Shown here piece after piece: positions 29,385 through 39,371 of a stretch of DNA of 64,000 bases. The position numbers and the translations under genes were made by a program. Below the pieces are notes generated by a model. The model saw only the letters and a list, made by a program, of their open reading frames with translations, was not told the origin of the DNA and did not search any database. The DNA is from an uncultured Clostridia bacterium (lineage in GTDB: Bacteria > Bacillota > Clostridia > Christensenellales > CAG-138). Location: contig CAMVMM010000004.1 of NCBI GenBank assembly GCA_947168565.1, positions 75,857 through 139,856 of the forward strand, read 5' to 3'. Positions within the stretch are counted from its first letter, which is position 1, and the number at the start of each line of letters is the position of its first letter.

Positions 29385-31280
29385 TCAGCTCATTTCAAAC
29401 ATTCCGGTGTAAAGCTCGTAATATCTGCCCTTCTTCTTGAGCAGCTCGTCATGGTCTCCGCGCTCGATTATCCTTCCGTGCTCAAGCACCATTATCGCGT
29501 CCGCGTTGCGCACGGTGGAAAGCCTGTGCGCTATCACAAGCACGGTGCGGTTCTGCATCAGGCTGTCCATGCCGCGCTCTATAAGCAGCTCCGTGCGGGT
29601 GTCTATGGAGCTCGTTGCCTCATCCAGAATAAGCACCACGGGGTTGGAAACGGCGGCGCGGGCGATGGAGATAAGCTGCCTCTGCCCCTGCGAAAGATTC
29701 GCGCCGTCCGAGATCAGCATGGTGTTGTAGCCCTCCGGCAGATGGCTTATGAAATAATGCGCGTTCGCTATCTTCGCCGCCTCGATGCACTCCTCGTCCG
29801 TTGCGTCCGCTCTTCCGTAGCGTATATTCTCCATAACCGTGCCGGTGAAAAGATGCGTGTCCTGAAGCACTATGCCCAGCGTGCCGCGCAGATCCGCCTT
29901 TTTGATGCGGCGGATATCTATGCCGTCGTAGGTTATCTCGCCGCTTGAAATATCGTAGAAGCGGTTGATCAGATTGGTGATGGTGGTCTTGCCCGCGCCG
30001 GTGGAGCCCACGAAGGCGATCTTCTGCGCGGTTTTGGCGTAAAGGGAAATATCCTTCAGCACGTCCACCTTGCCGTCGTAGCTGAAGGTAACGTTATGCA
30101 GCTCTATCATGCCCTTCACGGGTATCATGTCGAACCCGCCGCCCTCCCTGGGCACGCGCCAGCACTCCTCGCCGTTTGCGTTTTTCTCTATCACCACGTC
30201 GCCCTCGTCCACGTCCGCCGGCAGATCCATCAGCGCGAATATGCGCTCCGCGCCCGCAAGCGCAAGCAGCACGAAGTTGAACTGCTCCGAGATCTGGCTC
30301 ATCCTGTCCGCAAACTGGCGAATGTACTGCAAAAACGCGATTAGCACGCTGCCTGCGGACACAAGCCCCACAACGCCAAGCGTGGTGGTGATGGAGTAGA
30401 AGATATGAGAAAGGTTGTTCATAATGGGGCCGACGATATTCGCGTAGGTGCTTGCCCTCGTGGCGGCGGTGCAAAGCTCGCCGTTTCGCTCGTCAAAACC
30501 GCGCACGGCCGCTTCCTCGTGGTTGAACGCCTTCACGACCCTTTGCCCCTCCATAAGCTCCTCGATATAGCCGTTTACGGAGGCGACCGCCTTCTGCTGC
30601 CGCGCAAAATTCCTTGAGCTGCGCCTGCCGATGTATTTCACGGTCAAAAACACGATCACGCCCATCACCGCAACTATCAAAAACAGCTTAACGGAAAGCA
30701 CGAGCATCATCGCCACCACGCCTATGAGCGAGGTCACGGAGATTATGAGCTGCGTGATGCTGTGGTGCATCAGCTCCCTCAGCGCGTCCGTATCGTTTGT
30801 GTAATAGCTCATCAGCTCGCCGTGGGTGTGCGTGTCAAAATAGCCGATGGGCAGATCCTGCATGTGGTCAAACATATCCTTGCGCAGATCGCAAAGCACC
30901 GTGGCGGCGCATTTCAGCATCAGCACGTTCAGAATATAGTTTGTGATAACGCCAAGCGCGTACAGCCCCGCCATGCCTATCAAAAGCGCAAGATACTTCG
31001 CGTGAGCGGCTTCCCTGGTGATGTTCGCCTCCTCAAGCACCGCCACAAGAGGCCGCATCATGTAGCTTGCCGCGATGGTGGAGGCGGAGTAAAGGATTAT
31101 TGCGATCACGGCCGCGATAAAAGGCGCGCGGCAGCTCCCGTAGTATTTGAAAAGCCTTGCAAGCGTCCTGATGGGGCTTGCGGGGCGGTTCGCCGCGTTC
31201 TTTCCCTTGTGGAGCGGCGATTTTCTTATTTTTTTGATATTCCTCTGCACCCTTTCGCCCTTTGCCTCGGTTTTACGCAT
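29385..31280 (-). CDS. ABC exporter, fused TMD-NBD (consensus subunit of heterodimer)
   Basis: GSTGAGKTT, LSQGQRQ, LILDEATSSID, IAHRLST. Confidence 0.95.
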   Translation of the reverse strand: MRKTEAKGERVQRNIKKIRKSPLHKGKNAANRPASPIRTLARLFKYYGSCRAPFIAAVIAIILYSASTIAASYMMRPLVAVLEEANITREAAHAKYLALLIGMAGLYALGVITNYILNVLMLKCAATVLCDLRKDMFDHMQDLPIGYFDTHTHGELMSYYTNDTDALRELMHHSITQLIISVTSLIGVVAMMLVLSVKLFLIVAVMGVIVFLTVKYIGRRSSRNFARQQKAVASVNGYIEELMEGQRVVKAFNHEEAAVRGFDERNGELCTAATRASTYANIVGPIMNNLSHIFYSITTTLGVVGLVSAGSVLIAFLQYIRQFADRMSQISEQFNFVLLALAGAERIFALMDLPADVDEGDVVIEKNANGEECWRVPREGGGFDMIPVKGMIELHNVTFSYDGKVDVLKDISLYAKTAQKIAFVGSTGAGKTTITNLINRFYDISSGEITYDGIDIRRIKKADLRGTLGIVLQDTHLFTGTVMENIRYGRADATDEECIEAAKIANAHYFISHLPEGYNTMLISDGANLSQGQRQLISIARAAVSNPVVLILDEATSSIDTRTELLIERGMDSLMQNRTVLVIAHRLSTVRNADAIMVLEHGRIIERGDHDELLKKKGRYYELYTGMFEMS

Positions 31281-33090
31281 TTTCTCTCACCTCCTTGTGC
31301 TGGGAGGTGTATACCTCGCGGTAGATCTCGCTGCGCTCCATAAGCTCGCCGTGCGTGCCCACGTCCGAAATTCGGCCCTCCTCCATAACTATGATCCTGT
31401 CGGCATCCATAATGGAGGAGATGCGCTGGGCGATGATGAGCTTCGTGGTGCTGGGTATGAACTCCCGAAACGCCTTGCGGATGCTCTCGTCCGTGCGCGA
31501 ATCCACCGCGCTCGTGGAGTCGTCCAAAATAAGTATCTTCGGCTTTTTCAAAAGCGCCCTTGCGATGCACAGCCTCTGCTTCTGGCCGCCGGAAACGTTT
31601 ACGCCGCCCTGCCCAAGCTCGGTATCGTACCCGTCCGGAAATGCGGACACGAAATCATGCGCGCAGGCAAGCCTGCAGGCCCGTTCTATCTCCTCGTCGC
31701 TCGCGTTCGGGTCGCCCCAGCGCAGGTTTTCCTTGATAGTGCCGGAAAACAGCATATTCTTTTGCAGCACCATTGAAACGCTTTCGCGCAGCTCATACAG
31801 CGAATAGTCCTTTATATCGCGCCCGCCTATGCGCAGCTCGCCCGAAAGTATATCGTAAAAGCGGGGGATGAGCTGAACGAGCGTGGACTTGCCCTCGCCG
31901 GTGCCGCCGATTATGCCTATCGTTTCGCCGGAGCGGATGTGAAGATCGATATTGCGCAGCGTCAGATTATCCTCGCTTGCGGTATAGCTGAAGCAAACGT
32001 TTTTAAACTCGATCTCGCCGCTCTCCACCTTCAGCTCGCTGTCGTTTTCCGGAATGTCCGGCACCTCCGCAAGCACCTCGGTGATCCTCGAAACGGATTC
32101 GCGCGTCATCGTGAGCACAACTATTATCGCCGCCACCATGGCAAGCGAGCCTATCACCTGATTGGTATAGGTCAAAAGGCTCACAAGCTCGCCCGTGTTG
32201 AGCGTTCCGCCAAGCACGCTGTCCCCGCCGAGCAGCAGCAGTATGCCGGAGCAGGTCCACATCACGGCAAGCTGAAGCGGGTTGGTGAGCGCAAAAAGCT
32301 TTTCGGCGCGGATATGCGCCTTTTTCAGATCGTCCGCGGAGGCATTGAAGCGCAGCTTTTCGTATTTTTCGCGCACATAGCTCTTTACCACGCGGATGGC
32401 TGTCAGATCCTCCTGTACGGAGGCGTTCAGATCGTCATATTTCTTTAAAAAGATTCGGAAGCGCGGCCTGCCGAATATTGCAAACACGATCAGCACGAGC
32501 ACCAGCACGGGCAGGCACAGCACGAAGATCAGCGAAAGCCGCGAATCGATGCGGAAGGCCATGATCGCCGCAAGCACCATCATCACGGGAGCGCGCACGA
32601 AGGTGCGTATCGCCTGCATATACAGGTTTTGAATATTGTTCACGTCCGCAGTTGCGCGCATAACGAGCGAGGGGGTGGAGAATTTATCGGTATTTTTAAA
32701 CGAGAAGGACTGTATCTTTTGAAAAAGCGTGTGCCGCAGGTTCTTGGAAAAGCCCATGGCCGCCACCGCCGCAGTTCTTGCTGCAAGCATGCCGAAGGCG
32801 AGCGAAAGCAGGGCGGAAACTATCATAAGCCCGCCGAGCGTAAGTATAAAGCGCGTATTATCCGCTATCAACTCCGGCGGGAAAAGCGCCTTGAGCTGAA
32901 AATCCGGCTTGCGGTAAAGCCCGCCGTCCACTATGGCGGCCATCAGGAGGGGAATGAATACCTCCATGGCAACCTCGAATATCATCAGCACGGGGGTGAT
33001 GACGGTTGGAAACACATACCCGCGTGCGCAGGGGAGTATGGCCCCAAAGCCCCGGCCCCTGCCTATCATGGCGTCGGTTTTTTTATTCAT
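31273..33090 (-). CDS. ABC exporter, fused TMD-NBD (degenerate subunit)
   Basis: GGTGEGKST, VSGGQKQR, LILDDSTSAVD, IAQRISS; start set at ATG after GGAG. Confidence 0.95.
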   Translation of the reverse strand: MNKKTDAMIGRGRGFGAILPCARGYVFPTVITPVLMIFEVAMEVFIPLLMAAIVDGGLYRKPDFQLKALFPPELIADNTRFILTLGGLMIVSALLSLAFGMLAARTAAVAAMGFSKNLRHTLFQKIQSFSFKNTDKFSTPSLVMRATADVNNIQNLYMQAIRTFVRAPVMMVLAAIMAFRIDSRLSLIFVLCLPVLVLVLIVFAIFGRPRFRIFLKKYDDLNASVQEDLTAIRVVKSYVREKYEKLRFNASADDLKKAHIRAEKLFALTNPLQLAVMWTCSGILLLLGGDSVLGGTLNTGELVSLLTYTNQVIGSLAMVAAIIVVLTMTRESVSRITEVLAEVPDIPENDSELKVESGEIEFKNVCFSYTASEDNLTLRNIDLHIRSGETIGIIGGTGEGKSTLVQLIPRFYDILSGELRIGGRDIKDYSLYELRESVSMVLQKNMLFSGTIKENLRWGDPNASDEEIERACRLACAHDFVSAFPDGYDTELGQGGVNVSGGQKQRLCIARALLKKPKILILDDSTSAVDSRTDESIRKAFREFIPSTTKLIIAQRISSIMDADRIIVMEEGRISDVGTHGELMERSEIYREVYTSQHKEVRENA

Positions 33091-33249
33091 GTATGAAGCT
33101 CCGTTCATGTAAGCGAAAACGCTTTTGAATTTGCCCTGCCGTAAAAGCACAGCCGTCATATCTATTTTATCACGAACGGGCGGATAATGCAAAGTCCGCG
33201 CCATAATTCGCGAAAAAAAACAGAATGCATCGTGCTTGAGTACGAAGGC

Positions 33250-33266
33250 GGGGAAGGGCGGGAGGG
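33250..33266 (+). other. canonical G-quadruplex-forming motif
   Basis: GGGG-AA-GGG-C-GGG-A-GGG. Confidence 0.55.
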
Positions 33267-33542
33267 AACCGAAAGGAAAGGGAACACAAACGGGAGGGGG
33301 AGCGTTTGACGGCGCTAAAGGGGGATGAGCTTCCGGCGGCTTTATCGGTAAAAAATAAACTCTTTGTGACAAATGAAATTATATCGAAAAAAAGGTGCGT
33401 TCAACTATTGATATTTTTAACATTTTACATTAAAATTAGTAGGATGTGTTTTTGTGCCCTAAAATCGCACGAAAGCCGTTCAACAATGCTTTGAATGCTC
33501 AAAACAGATATTCTGTTTTCGTAATTAGGGAGGATATTTTTA

Positions 33543-35078
33543 ATGAAGAGAGTTATTGGCGCGGTATTGATCGTATTTATGCTTTTCACGGCGGCTTCGT
33601 GCAGCCTCATAAGCAAAAACGACCCGCCTGTCGTTCCGGTGTATCCGCCGTTGGACGTGGACGGCACCGCCGCCGGACAGCAAACCGAGCTGCCCTCGGA
33701 TGAGCCCGAGTCCGGCGTTCCGAATACGGACGGGGTTCTGACGGACGCGCCCTCCGGCCTTCCGCAAACCGATGTTCCCGGCTCGGACGAACCCGCTGCT
33801 CCCGGCGACACCCATCCCGCTCAGACCGGCGAGTCCGCAACGCCCGGCGGCACCGACGTGCACTCGACCGATCCCGCCTCAAGCAGCACGCCCGCAGGCG
33901 CACCCACGGACCCTGCTGTGAGCGCCGGCACGGCCGTCACGCCCTCGGCAACTCCGAAGCCCACTCCCACTCCCACGCCCAGGCCCACTCCAACGCCCAC
34001 GCCAAGGCCCACCTCCGCGCCCATGCCCTCCGGCCATCCCTATCCCACCGATCCGCAGGAGATCGCATACGCTGAAGCGGGAAAGAGCCTTATGAGGGTG
34101 CTTCAGGCGATGCAGGGCTATGAAAAGCTCAATATCAACGCCCGCCCGGGTTATCCGTACCTCATTGCCATCAACAAGGCGCAGTATAAAAACACCGTCA
34201 CCGTTTTCTGCGTGGACGAGGAGGGCAAGTACACCCGTCCCTATCTCTCCATGGTATGCTCCGCCGGAAACGACACTCCGCTCGGCGTTTTCAACACGAA
34301 GGACAGATATAGCTGGCACACGCTCATGGGCCCCTGCTACGGGCAGTACTGCACCCGCATAGTGGGCGGCGTGCTCTTCCACTCCGTGCCCTACAACACC
34401 GTGCATAAGTACGACCTCAAGTATAACTACTACAACAAGCTCGGCCGCCTCGCCTCCGCGGGCTGCATCCGTCTTCCCTGCAACGATTCCAAGTGGATCT
34501 ACGACAACTGCCCGCTCGGCACCACCGTCGTTATTTATAACGATCCCTCCAGCCCCGGTCCGCTCGGTCAGCCCACTCCGCTTCGCCTCGACACCGGGAA
34601 TATCTTCCTGCGCGGCTGGGATCCCACCGATCCCGACAGGGCAAATCCCTGGGGCGACACCTATAAGGCGGGCTACACCATCCGCTCGCAGATAGCTCAG
34701 GCGGACTACGAATACGCAATGGCGCACGGACTCTGGAACGGCTCCATCAACAGGCCCGAGGCGGAAACGCCCACGCCCGGCATTTCGCCCACGCCCGGCG
34801 TCACGCCCACTCCCGCGCCCACGGCAACGCCGGTGATCACGGATACTCCCGCGCCCACCGATACGCCGGCGCCCACGGACACGCCCGCGCCCAGCGACAC
34901 TCCGGCGCCCACGGACACGCCCGTGCCCACCAACACTCCGGTGCCCACGGACACGCCCGCGCCCACCGAGCCGCCGGCGCCGACGAGCCCCACGCCGAAG
35001 CCCACGCCCGCGCCCACCGCGCCCGGCCTGCCCACGCTTCCGCCGGATGCGATCGGGAATATCGGCCTTGCAGCTTAA
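33543..35078 (+). CDS. L,D-transpeptidase (YkuD) lipoprotein with Pro/Thr-rich arms
   Basis: Lipobox AASC, TPLGVF, VLFHSVPY...LG..ASAGCIRL, TDTPAP repeats. Confidence 0.9.
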   Translation: MKRVIGAVLIVFMLFTAASCSLISKNDPPVVPVYPPLDVDGTAAGQQTELPSDEPESGVPNTDGVLTDAPSGLPQTDVPGSDEPAAPGDTHPAQTGESATPGGTDVHSTDPASSSTPAGAPTDPAVSAGTAVTPSATPKPTPTPTPRPTPTPTPRPTSAPMPSGHPYPTDPQEIAYAEAGKSLMRVLQAMQGYEKLNINARPGYPYLIAINKAQYKNTVTVFCVDEEGKYTRPYLSMVCSAGNDTPLGVFNTKDRYSWHTLMGPCYGQYCTRIVGGVLFHSVPYNTVHKYDLKYNYYNKLGRLASAGCIRLPCNDSKWIYDNCPLGTTVVIYNDPSSPGPLGQPTPLRLDTGNIFLRGWDPTDPDRANPWGDTYKAGYTIRSQIAQADYEYAMAHGLWNGSINRPEAETPTPGISPTPGVTPTPAPTATPVITDTPAPTDTPAPTDTPAPSDTPAPTDTPVPTNTPVPTDTPAPTEPPAPTSPTPKPTPAPTAPGLPTLPPDAIGNIGLAA

Positions 35079-35199
35079 AGGCTGCATTCACGAAAGACCA
35101 TTTACTCATAAAGCAGGAGGCGGCGCGCACAGTCGGCCGCATCCTGCTTGAAACGTTCGGCCGGCTCTTAAGCCGAGCCGCCGCCATAGGGGGAGTTTA

Positions 35200-36585
35200 A
35201 TGAGTTTTATAAACATATTCGTTGAGGTGCTGTTCACCATTTTCACGCTATGCTACCTCTACCAATACATATACATTGTAATAGCGCTTATCACCAAGAA
35301 AAAGCTTAAACGGAATCCGAACAAGGCAAGGTTTGCCGTGCTGATCTGCGCGCGCAACGAGGAAACGGTTATCGAAAACTGCATAAAGAGCGTGCTTGCT
35401 CAGGATTATCCCAAGGACCGTATAAAGGTTTACGTTGCCGCCGATAACTGCACGGACAGCACTGCCGAGAGGGCGCGAAATGCGGGGGCAGCGGTTTATG
35501 AGCGCTTCAACAAGGAGCAGATAGGCAAGGGCTACGCGCTTGAGTTCCTTTTCGATCGGATCAACGAGGACGACCCCGACTTTGCCGAGGCCTACGTTAT
35601 CTTCGATGCCGACAACGTTGTGGATAAGAATTTTATCTCCGCTATGAACGATATGCTCGGCGAGGGGTACAACGTGTCCACCTGCTACCGCAACACCAAG
35701 AATTATTCGGACAGTCTCGTTGCCGCGTGCAGCGGCCTTTGGTTCCTGCGTGAAAGCCGCTACCTCAACCACCCCAGGATGGCTATAGATTCCGGCTGCG
35801 CCGTTTCCGGCACCGGCTTCATGATAAAGCGGGATTTTCTTGAGAAGATGGGCGGCTGGCACTACCATATCCTCATTGAGGATATCCAGTTCACCGTTGA
35901 GTGTGCGCTTGCCGATGAAAAAATTGGCTATTGCCGCGAGGCGGTGGTTTACGATGAGCAGCCCAAACACTTCGTTGCCTCATGGAATCAGCGCATGCGC
36001 TGGTGCAAGGGCTATTTCGAGCTGCTTGTAAGATACGGCAAAAGGCTGCTTAAAAAGATGCTCAACGGCAGCTTCACCTGCTTCGATATGTTTATGAATC
36101 TTTCCCCGGCGTATTTCATAAGCATAATCGCCCAGTTTGTGTTCGTGATCGGTCTTTTCGTCAGCTTCTTTACGGGCAGGATGGACTATCTCGGCGTTCT
36201 CAATTCCTTTGCCAAGCTTCTTGGAACGGGCTATCTGACCCTTTTCCTGATGGGCCTTATCACCACCGCATCGGAGTGGAAAATGATAAAGGCGTCCTGG
36301 TTTATGAAGGTGATCACCATTGTTTTCTTCCCGGTTTATATGGCGACCTATCTTCCCATCACCATCATCTCGCTGTTTTCCAAGGCGGGCTGGAGGCCGA
36401 TCCCTCATTCAAGCAACGTTTCGATCGATGAATTGGACTCAAAGAACGCAAAGAAGGACAAGCAGACCGAGAAGAGCGATAAAACCGAAGAAAACGATAG
36501 AACCGATGAGAGCGGCAAGCCCGAACAGAGCGAGAAACCCGAAAATTTCGGGAAAAGCAGCGACGGCAGAAGCGATAAAAAATAA
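35200..36585 (+). CDS. GT2 family membrane glycosyltransferase
   Basis: ARNEE, ADNCTD, GKG.AL, FDADN, ED, QRMRW (D,D,D,QxxRW) plus TMs. Confidence 0.93.
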   Translation: MSFINIFVEVLFTIFTLCYLYQYIYIVIALITKKKLKRNPNKARFAVLICARNEETVIENCIKSVLAQDYPKDRIKVYVAADNCTDSTAERARNAGAAVYERFNKEQIGKGYALEFLFDRINEDDPDFAEAYVIFDADNVVDKNFISAMNDMLGEGYNVSTCYRNTKNYSDSLVAACSGLWFLRESRYLNHPRMAIDSGCAVSGTGFMIKRDFLEKMGGWHYHILIEDIQFTVECALADEKIGYCREAVVYDEQPKHFVASWNQRMRWCKGYFELLVRYGKRLLKKMLNGSFTCFDMFMNLSPAYFISIIAQFVFVIGLFVSFFTGRMDYLGVLNSFAKLLGTGYLTLFLMGLITTASEWKMIKASWFMKVITIVFFPVYMATYLPITIISLFSKAGWRPIPHSSNVSIDELDSKNAKKDKQTEKSDKTEENDRTDESGKPEQSEKPENFGKSSDGRSDKK

Positions 36586-36621
36586 AGCCCTCCGGCTTTG
36601 ATTCAATTATAGCGACTGTAT

Positions 36622-36659
36622 AAAACGATCCCCCGCGTGGAGCGGAGGATCGTTTTTTT
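36622..36659. terminator. bidirectional terminator
   Basis: aaaacgatcc...ggatcgttttttt. Confidence 0.75.
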
Positions 36660-36684
36660 GATTGGAAGGAAAAAGCATTAAAGC

Positions 36685-37188
36685 TTATTTGTCCGAATTG
36701 CAGCCGCAGCCGCAGTCATCCTTCTTGCTTTCGCAGTCCTTGGGCTGGTCGCAGCACTCGTCCTTGCAGCACTTATCATCGGTGCAGCACTCGTCCTCGC
36801 AGCAGCAGTCGTCCTCGCAGCAGCACTCGTCCTCGCAGGTCTCCTGCGCGGAAGCGGGGATCTCGGAGCCGCAGATCACGCAAACGTCGGCGTTGGTGTT
36901 CACCGCGCCGCACATGGGGCAGGTGCTCTTGCGCTCAACGTAGTTGCGGGCGGTTTCGATCTCATTCTCGATGGAGCCGATGCTCTCCTTAACGGCAAGA
37001 ATGCTGTTGATGATCTTGGAATAAGCCTCGTCGGTGGGCTCGCCCTGCTCGAAGCGGGTGAAAACGAACTGCCCAAGGCGCTCGTACAGCTCGGGGATCT
37101 TGCGCTTTTCCTCGGCAAGCTTGAGTTGGAGCGAAGCGTTGTCGGTCAGTTCCTTGGTAAGGCGGGTCAGTTTGTCAAAAAATGCCAT
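36685..37188 (-). CDS. coiled-coil plus zinc-ribbon protein with Cys/acidic metallothionein-like tail
   Basis: MAFFDKL..., CPMC...CVIC, then CEDECCCEDDCCCEDECCTDDKCCKDECC...CGCGC; GGAGG RBS. Confidence 0.8.
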   Translation of the reverse strand: MAFFDKLTRLTKELTDNASLQLKLAEEKRKIPELYERLGQFVFTRFEQGEPTDEAYSKIINSILAVKESIGSIENEIETARNYVERKSTCPMCGAVNTNADVCVICGSEIPASAQETCEDECCCEDDCCCEDECCTDDKCCKDECCDQPKDCESKKDDCGCGCNSDK

Positions 37189-37243
37189 TTTTTTATACCT
37201 CCATAAACAGTTTAGCGTTGTGCCGCATTATTCGCGGCGGGGA

Positions 37244-37636
37244 TCATTTGCAAACGGAATCGATCAGGTTTGCAAGGTAGGGGATGTTCACACTCTTGCC
37301 GTTCAGTGCGCAAAGACCGCTGAAGAGCAGGAACAGCGTAACTGCCGCGTCGATGATCCAGTTGATAACCTTGAAGAAGCCCCAGGGAAGGATCACTCGG
37401 AAAAGCAGCCAGGATACAAGAGTCAGCACACACAGCAGCATTATGGTGAAGCAGGCTCTGCGCACGAATGAGTTGCCTTCAATAAAGAACAGCAAAGCGG
37501 CTATCACAAGCATTATGAAGCCGAGCCATCCGGTAAAGCCGCACAGAAAGCTGATCACACCGGCTGCGAAAAACAGCACTGCCGCGAACAGATTCGCGCC
37601 GAAGCCCTTGATAAGCGTAGATTCTCCATTGTTCAT
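37244..37636 (-). CDS. small membrane protein (DUF4870-like)
   Basis: GGAGGTG RBS, 3-4 TMs, E.N.FVR.A, A..G....IP. Confidence 0.7.
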   Translation of the reverse strand: MNNGESTLIKGFGANLFAAVLFFAAGVISFLCGFTGWLGFIMLVIAALLFFIEGNSFVRRACFTIMLLCVLTLVSWLLFRVILPWGFFKVINWIIDAAVTLFLLFSGLCALNGKSVNIPYLANLIDSVCK

Positions 37637-37995
37637 AAAAAACACCTCCGGAAGTAGTATTGTCACGCGTGAACGGATCGATTCGTCTGCATTCGACCGA
37701 TCATGTATTGATTATATTATCTTTTTCAAAATTTTTCAAGCTCCGATTATGTCTTTTTTGTGAATAGAATATAAATCATAATGGAAAACGGTGTACTATT
37801 TGTGCATCGAGCGCCGTTTTGCACCCGTTTTCCGCCTTCCGCACCGCTTTTCGATTCTGTTCAGACTAACAGAAGCTCAATGCGATCCGCAAAAAAGCGC
37901 TGCATTTGCCCGCCGGGTGTTGTATTTACCTGCCAAACACGATATAATGCTTGAGGGCAGGGCATGCCCCTGCATCAATTATCCTCGGAGGAACT

Positions 37996-38625
37996 ATGAA
38001 AAAGCTTCTGGCGCTCGTGTGCGCGATTCTTTTTGCATTTATACTTTATTCCGCTTCACCCGCTCCCGTTACGGGCGTTTCCGACAGGGGGCCGGCGGAG
38101 GGGATGACGATCGAAGCCTTCAAGAGCACGGATCTGGACGGAAACGAGCTGGATTCCTCAATATTCAAAAACGCTCAGGTCACGGTAATAAACTACTGGG
38201 CCACGTGGTGTCCGCCCTGCAAGCGCGAGATGCCGGATTTTTCCCGTCTGCACGAGCATTTTGAAAAGACTCCGGAAAACGACGCGCAGATCCTCGGCGT
38301 TATCTGCGAGATAAACGGCTGCACTCCCCAGAGCGCAAAGCAGTATCTTTCGGAAAACGGCTTCTCCTGGCGCAATATCCGCTCCTCGGCCGAGCTGGAC
38401 AGAGTTTTTTACACAAGCGATTCCATTCCGCAAACCCTCATCGTGGATCAAAGCGGCAAGGTGATAGCGCACAGGGTGGGCATGTTCGCAAGCTACGACC
38501 AGCTTCTCAATTACGTTGAAGCGGCTTTGAGCAAGGCTCAGGAAGGAAACGGCGGGGAACCTGCCGCGGCTTCCGATTCCTCCGCCTCGGCCGCCCCAAG
38601 AGCTTCCTCCTGCGCGGGAAACTGA
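37996..38625 (+). CDS. TlpA-family thiol-disulfide oxidoreductase
   Basis: Signal or anchor, NYWATWCPPCKREMP, IPQTLIVD..GK. Confidence 0.92.
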   Translation: MKKLLALVCAILFAFILYSASPAPVTGVSDRGPAEGMTIEAFKSTDLDGNELDSSIFKNAQVTVINYWATWCPPCKREMPDFSRLHEHFEKTPENDAQILGVICEINGCTPQSAKQYLSENGFSWRNIRSSAELDRVFYTSDSIPQTLIVDQSGKVIAHRVGMFASYDQLLNYVEAALSKAQEGNGGEPAAASDSSASAAPRASSCAGN

Positions 38626-38720
38626 CAACAGCATACTTATTCTCTCCGGCTGCGCGGCTCCCCGCGCAGCCTTGCCGTATCCGAAGCTGAAACTGTCACA
38701 GAAATGCCACTGTATAAAAG

Positions 38721-38749
38721 TTGACTTTGCGCGGCGCGGGTGCTACAAT
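38721..38749 (+). promoter_or_regulatory. sigma-A promoter
   Basis: TTGACT-17bp-TACAAT with TG extension. Confidence 0.65.
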
Positions 38750-38770
38750 ATAATAAAAGGTATATAGCCC

Positions 38771-39343
38771 ATGAAGGATTTATTCAAAAAATTCAAGATC
38801 ATTCGCAGCAATCGCCGCTCCTTCGCCGCCGAGATAGGGCGAAACGGGCTCATTGTTCGCGTGCCGCAGAGCGCGGGGGAAAAGGAGATACGGTACTTTA
38901 TTGAAAAGCACCGCGACTGGATAGAAAAGCACGCGGCGGAGTACGAGCGGCGCGTGGCGGCGAACGCCGAAAAGCAGCCCGTGCTCACGCGGGAGGAGAT
39001 AGCGGCGCTGGCAAAAAAGGCGCTTGAGGTGATTCCGGAGCGGGTGCGCTTCTTCGCTCCCAAGGTGGGCGTTTCCTACGGCAGGATCACCATCCGCTCA
39101 CAGCGCTCCAAATGGGGAAGCTGCTCCTCCAAGGGCAACCTGAATTTCAACTGCCTTCTGATGCTTATGCCGCCGGAGGTGGTGGACAGCGTGGTGGTGC
39201 ATGAGCTTTGCCACCGCAAGGAGATGAACCACTCGCCGCGCTTCTATGCCGAGGTGCGCAGGGTGATGCCGGATTACGATACGCATAACGCATGGCTGAG
39301 GCAGCACGGCGCCGAGATAATGCGCAGGCTGACGGGGGAATAG
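38771..39343 (+). CDS. YgjP/DUF45-like metal-dependent hydrolase
   Basis: KWGSCS, VVVHELCH..EMNHS.RFY. Confidence 0.92.
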   Translation: MKDLFKKFKIIRSNRRSFAAEIGRNGLIVRVPQSAGEKEIRYFIEKHRDWIEKHAAEYERRVAANAEKQPVLTREEIAALAKKALEVIPERVRFFAPKVGVSYGRITIRSQRSKWGSCSSKGNLNFNCLLMLMPPEVVDSVVVHELCHRKEMNHSPRFYAEVRRVMPDYDTHNAWLRQHGAEIMRRLTGE

Positions 39344-39371
39344 CCCGTGCCGATGCCCGATCGAATAAAAT

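Noticed and set aside
33091-33372. Long N-terminal extensions in the ORF track (ABC from 33372, gltX from 60317, protease from 62883, deoB from 7032)
   Set aside because: Better starts with RBS lie downstream; the extensions cover promoter regions
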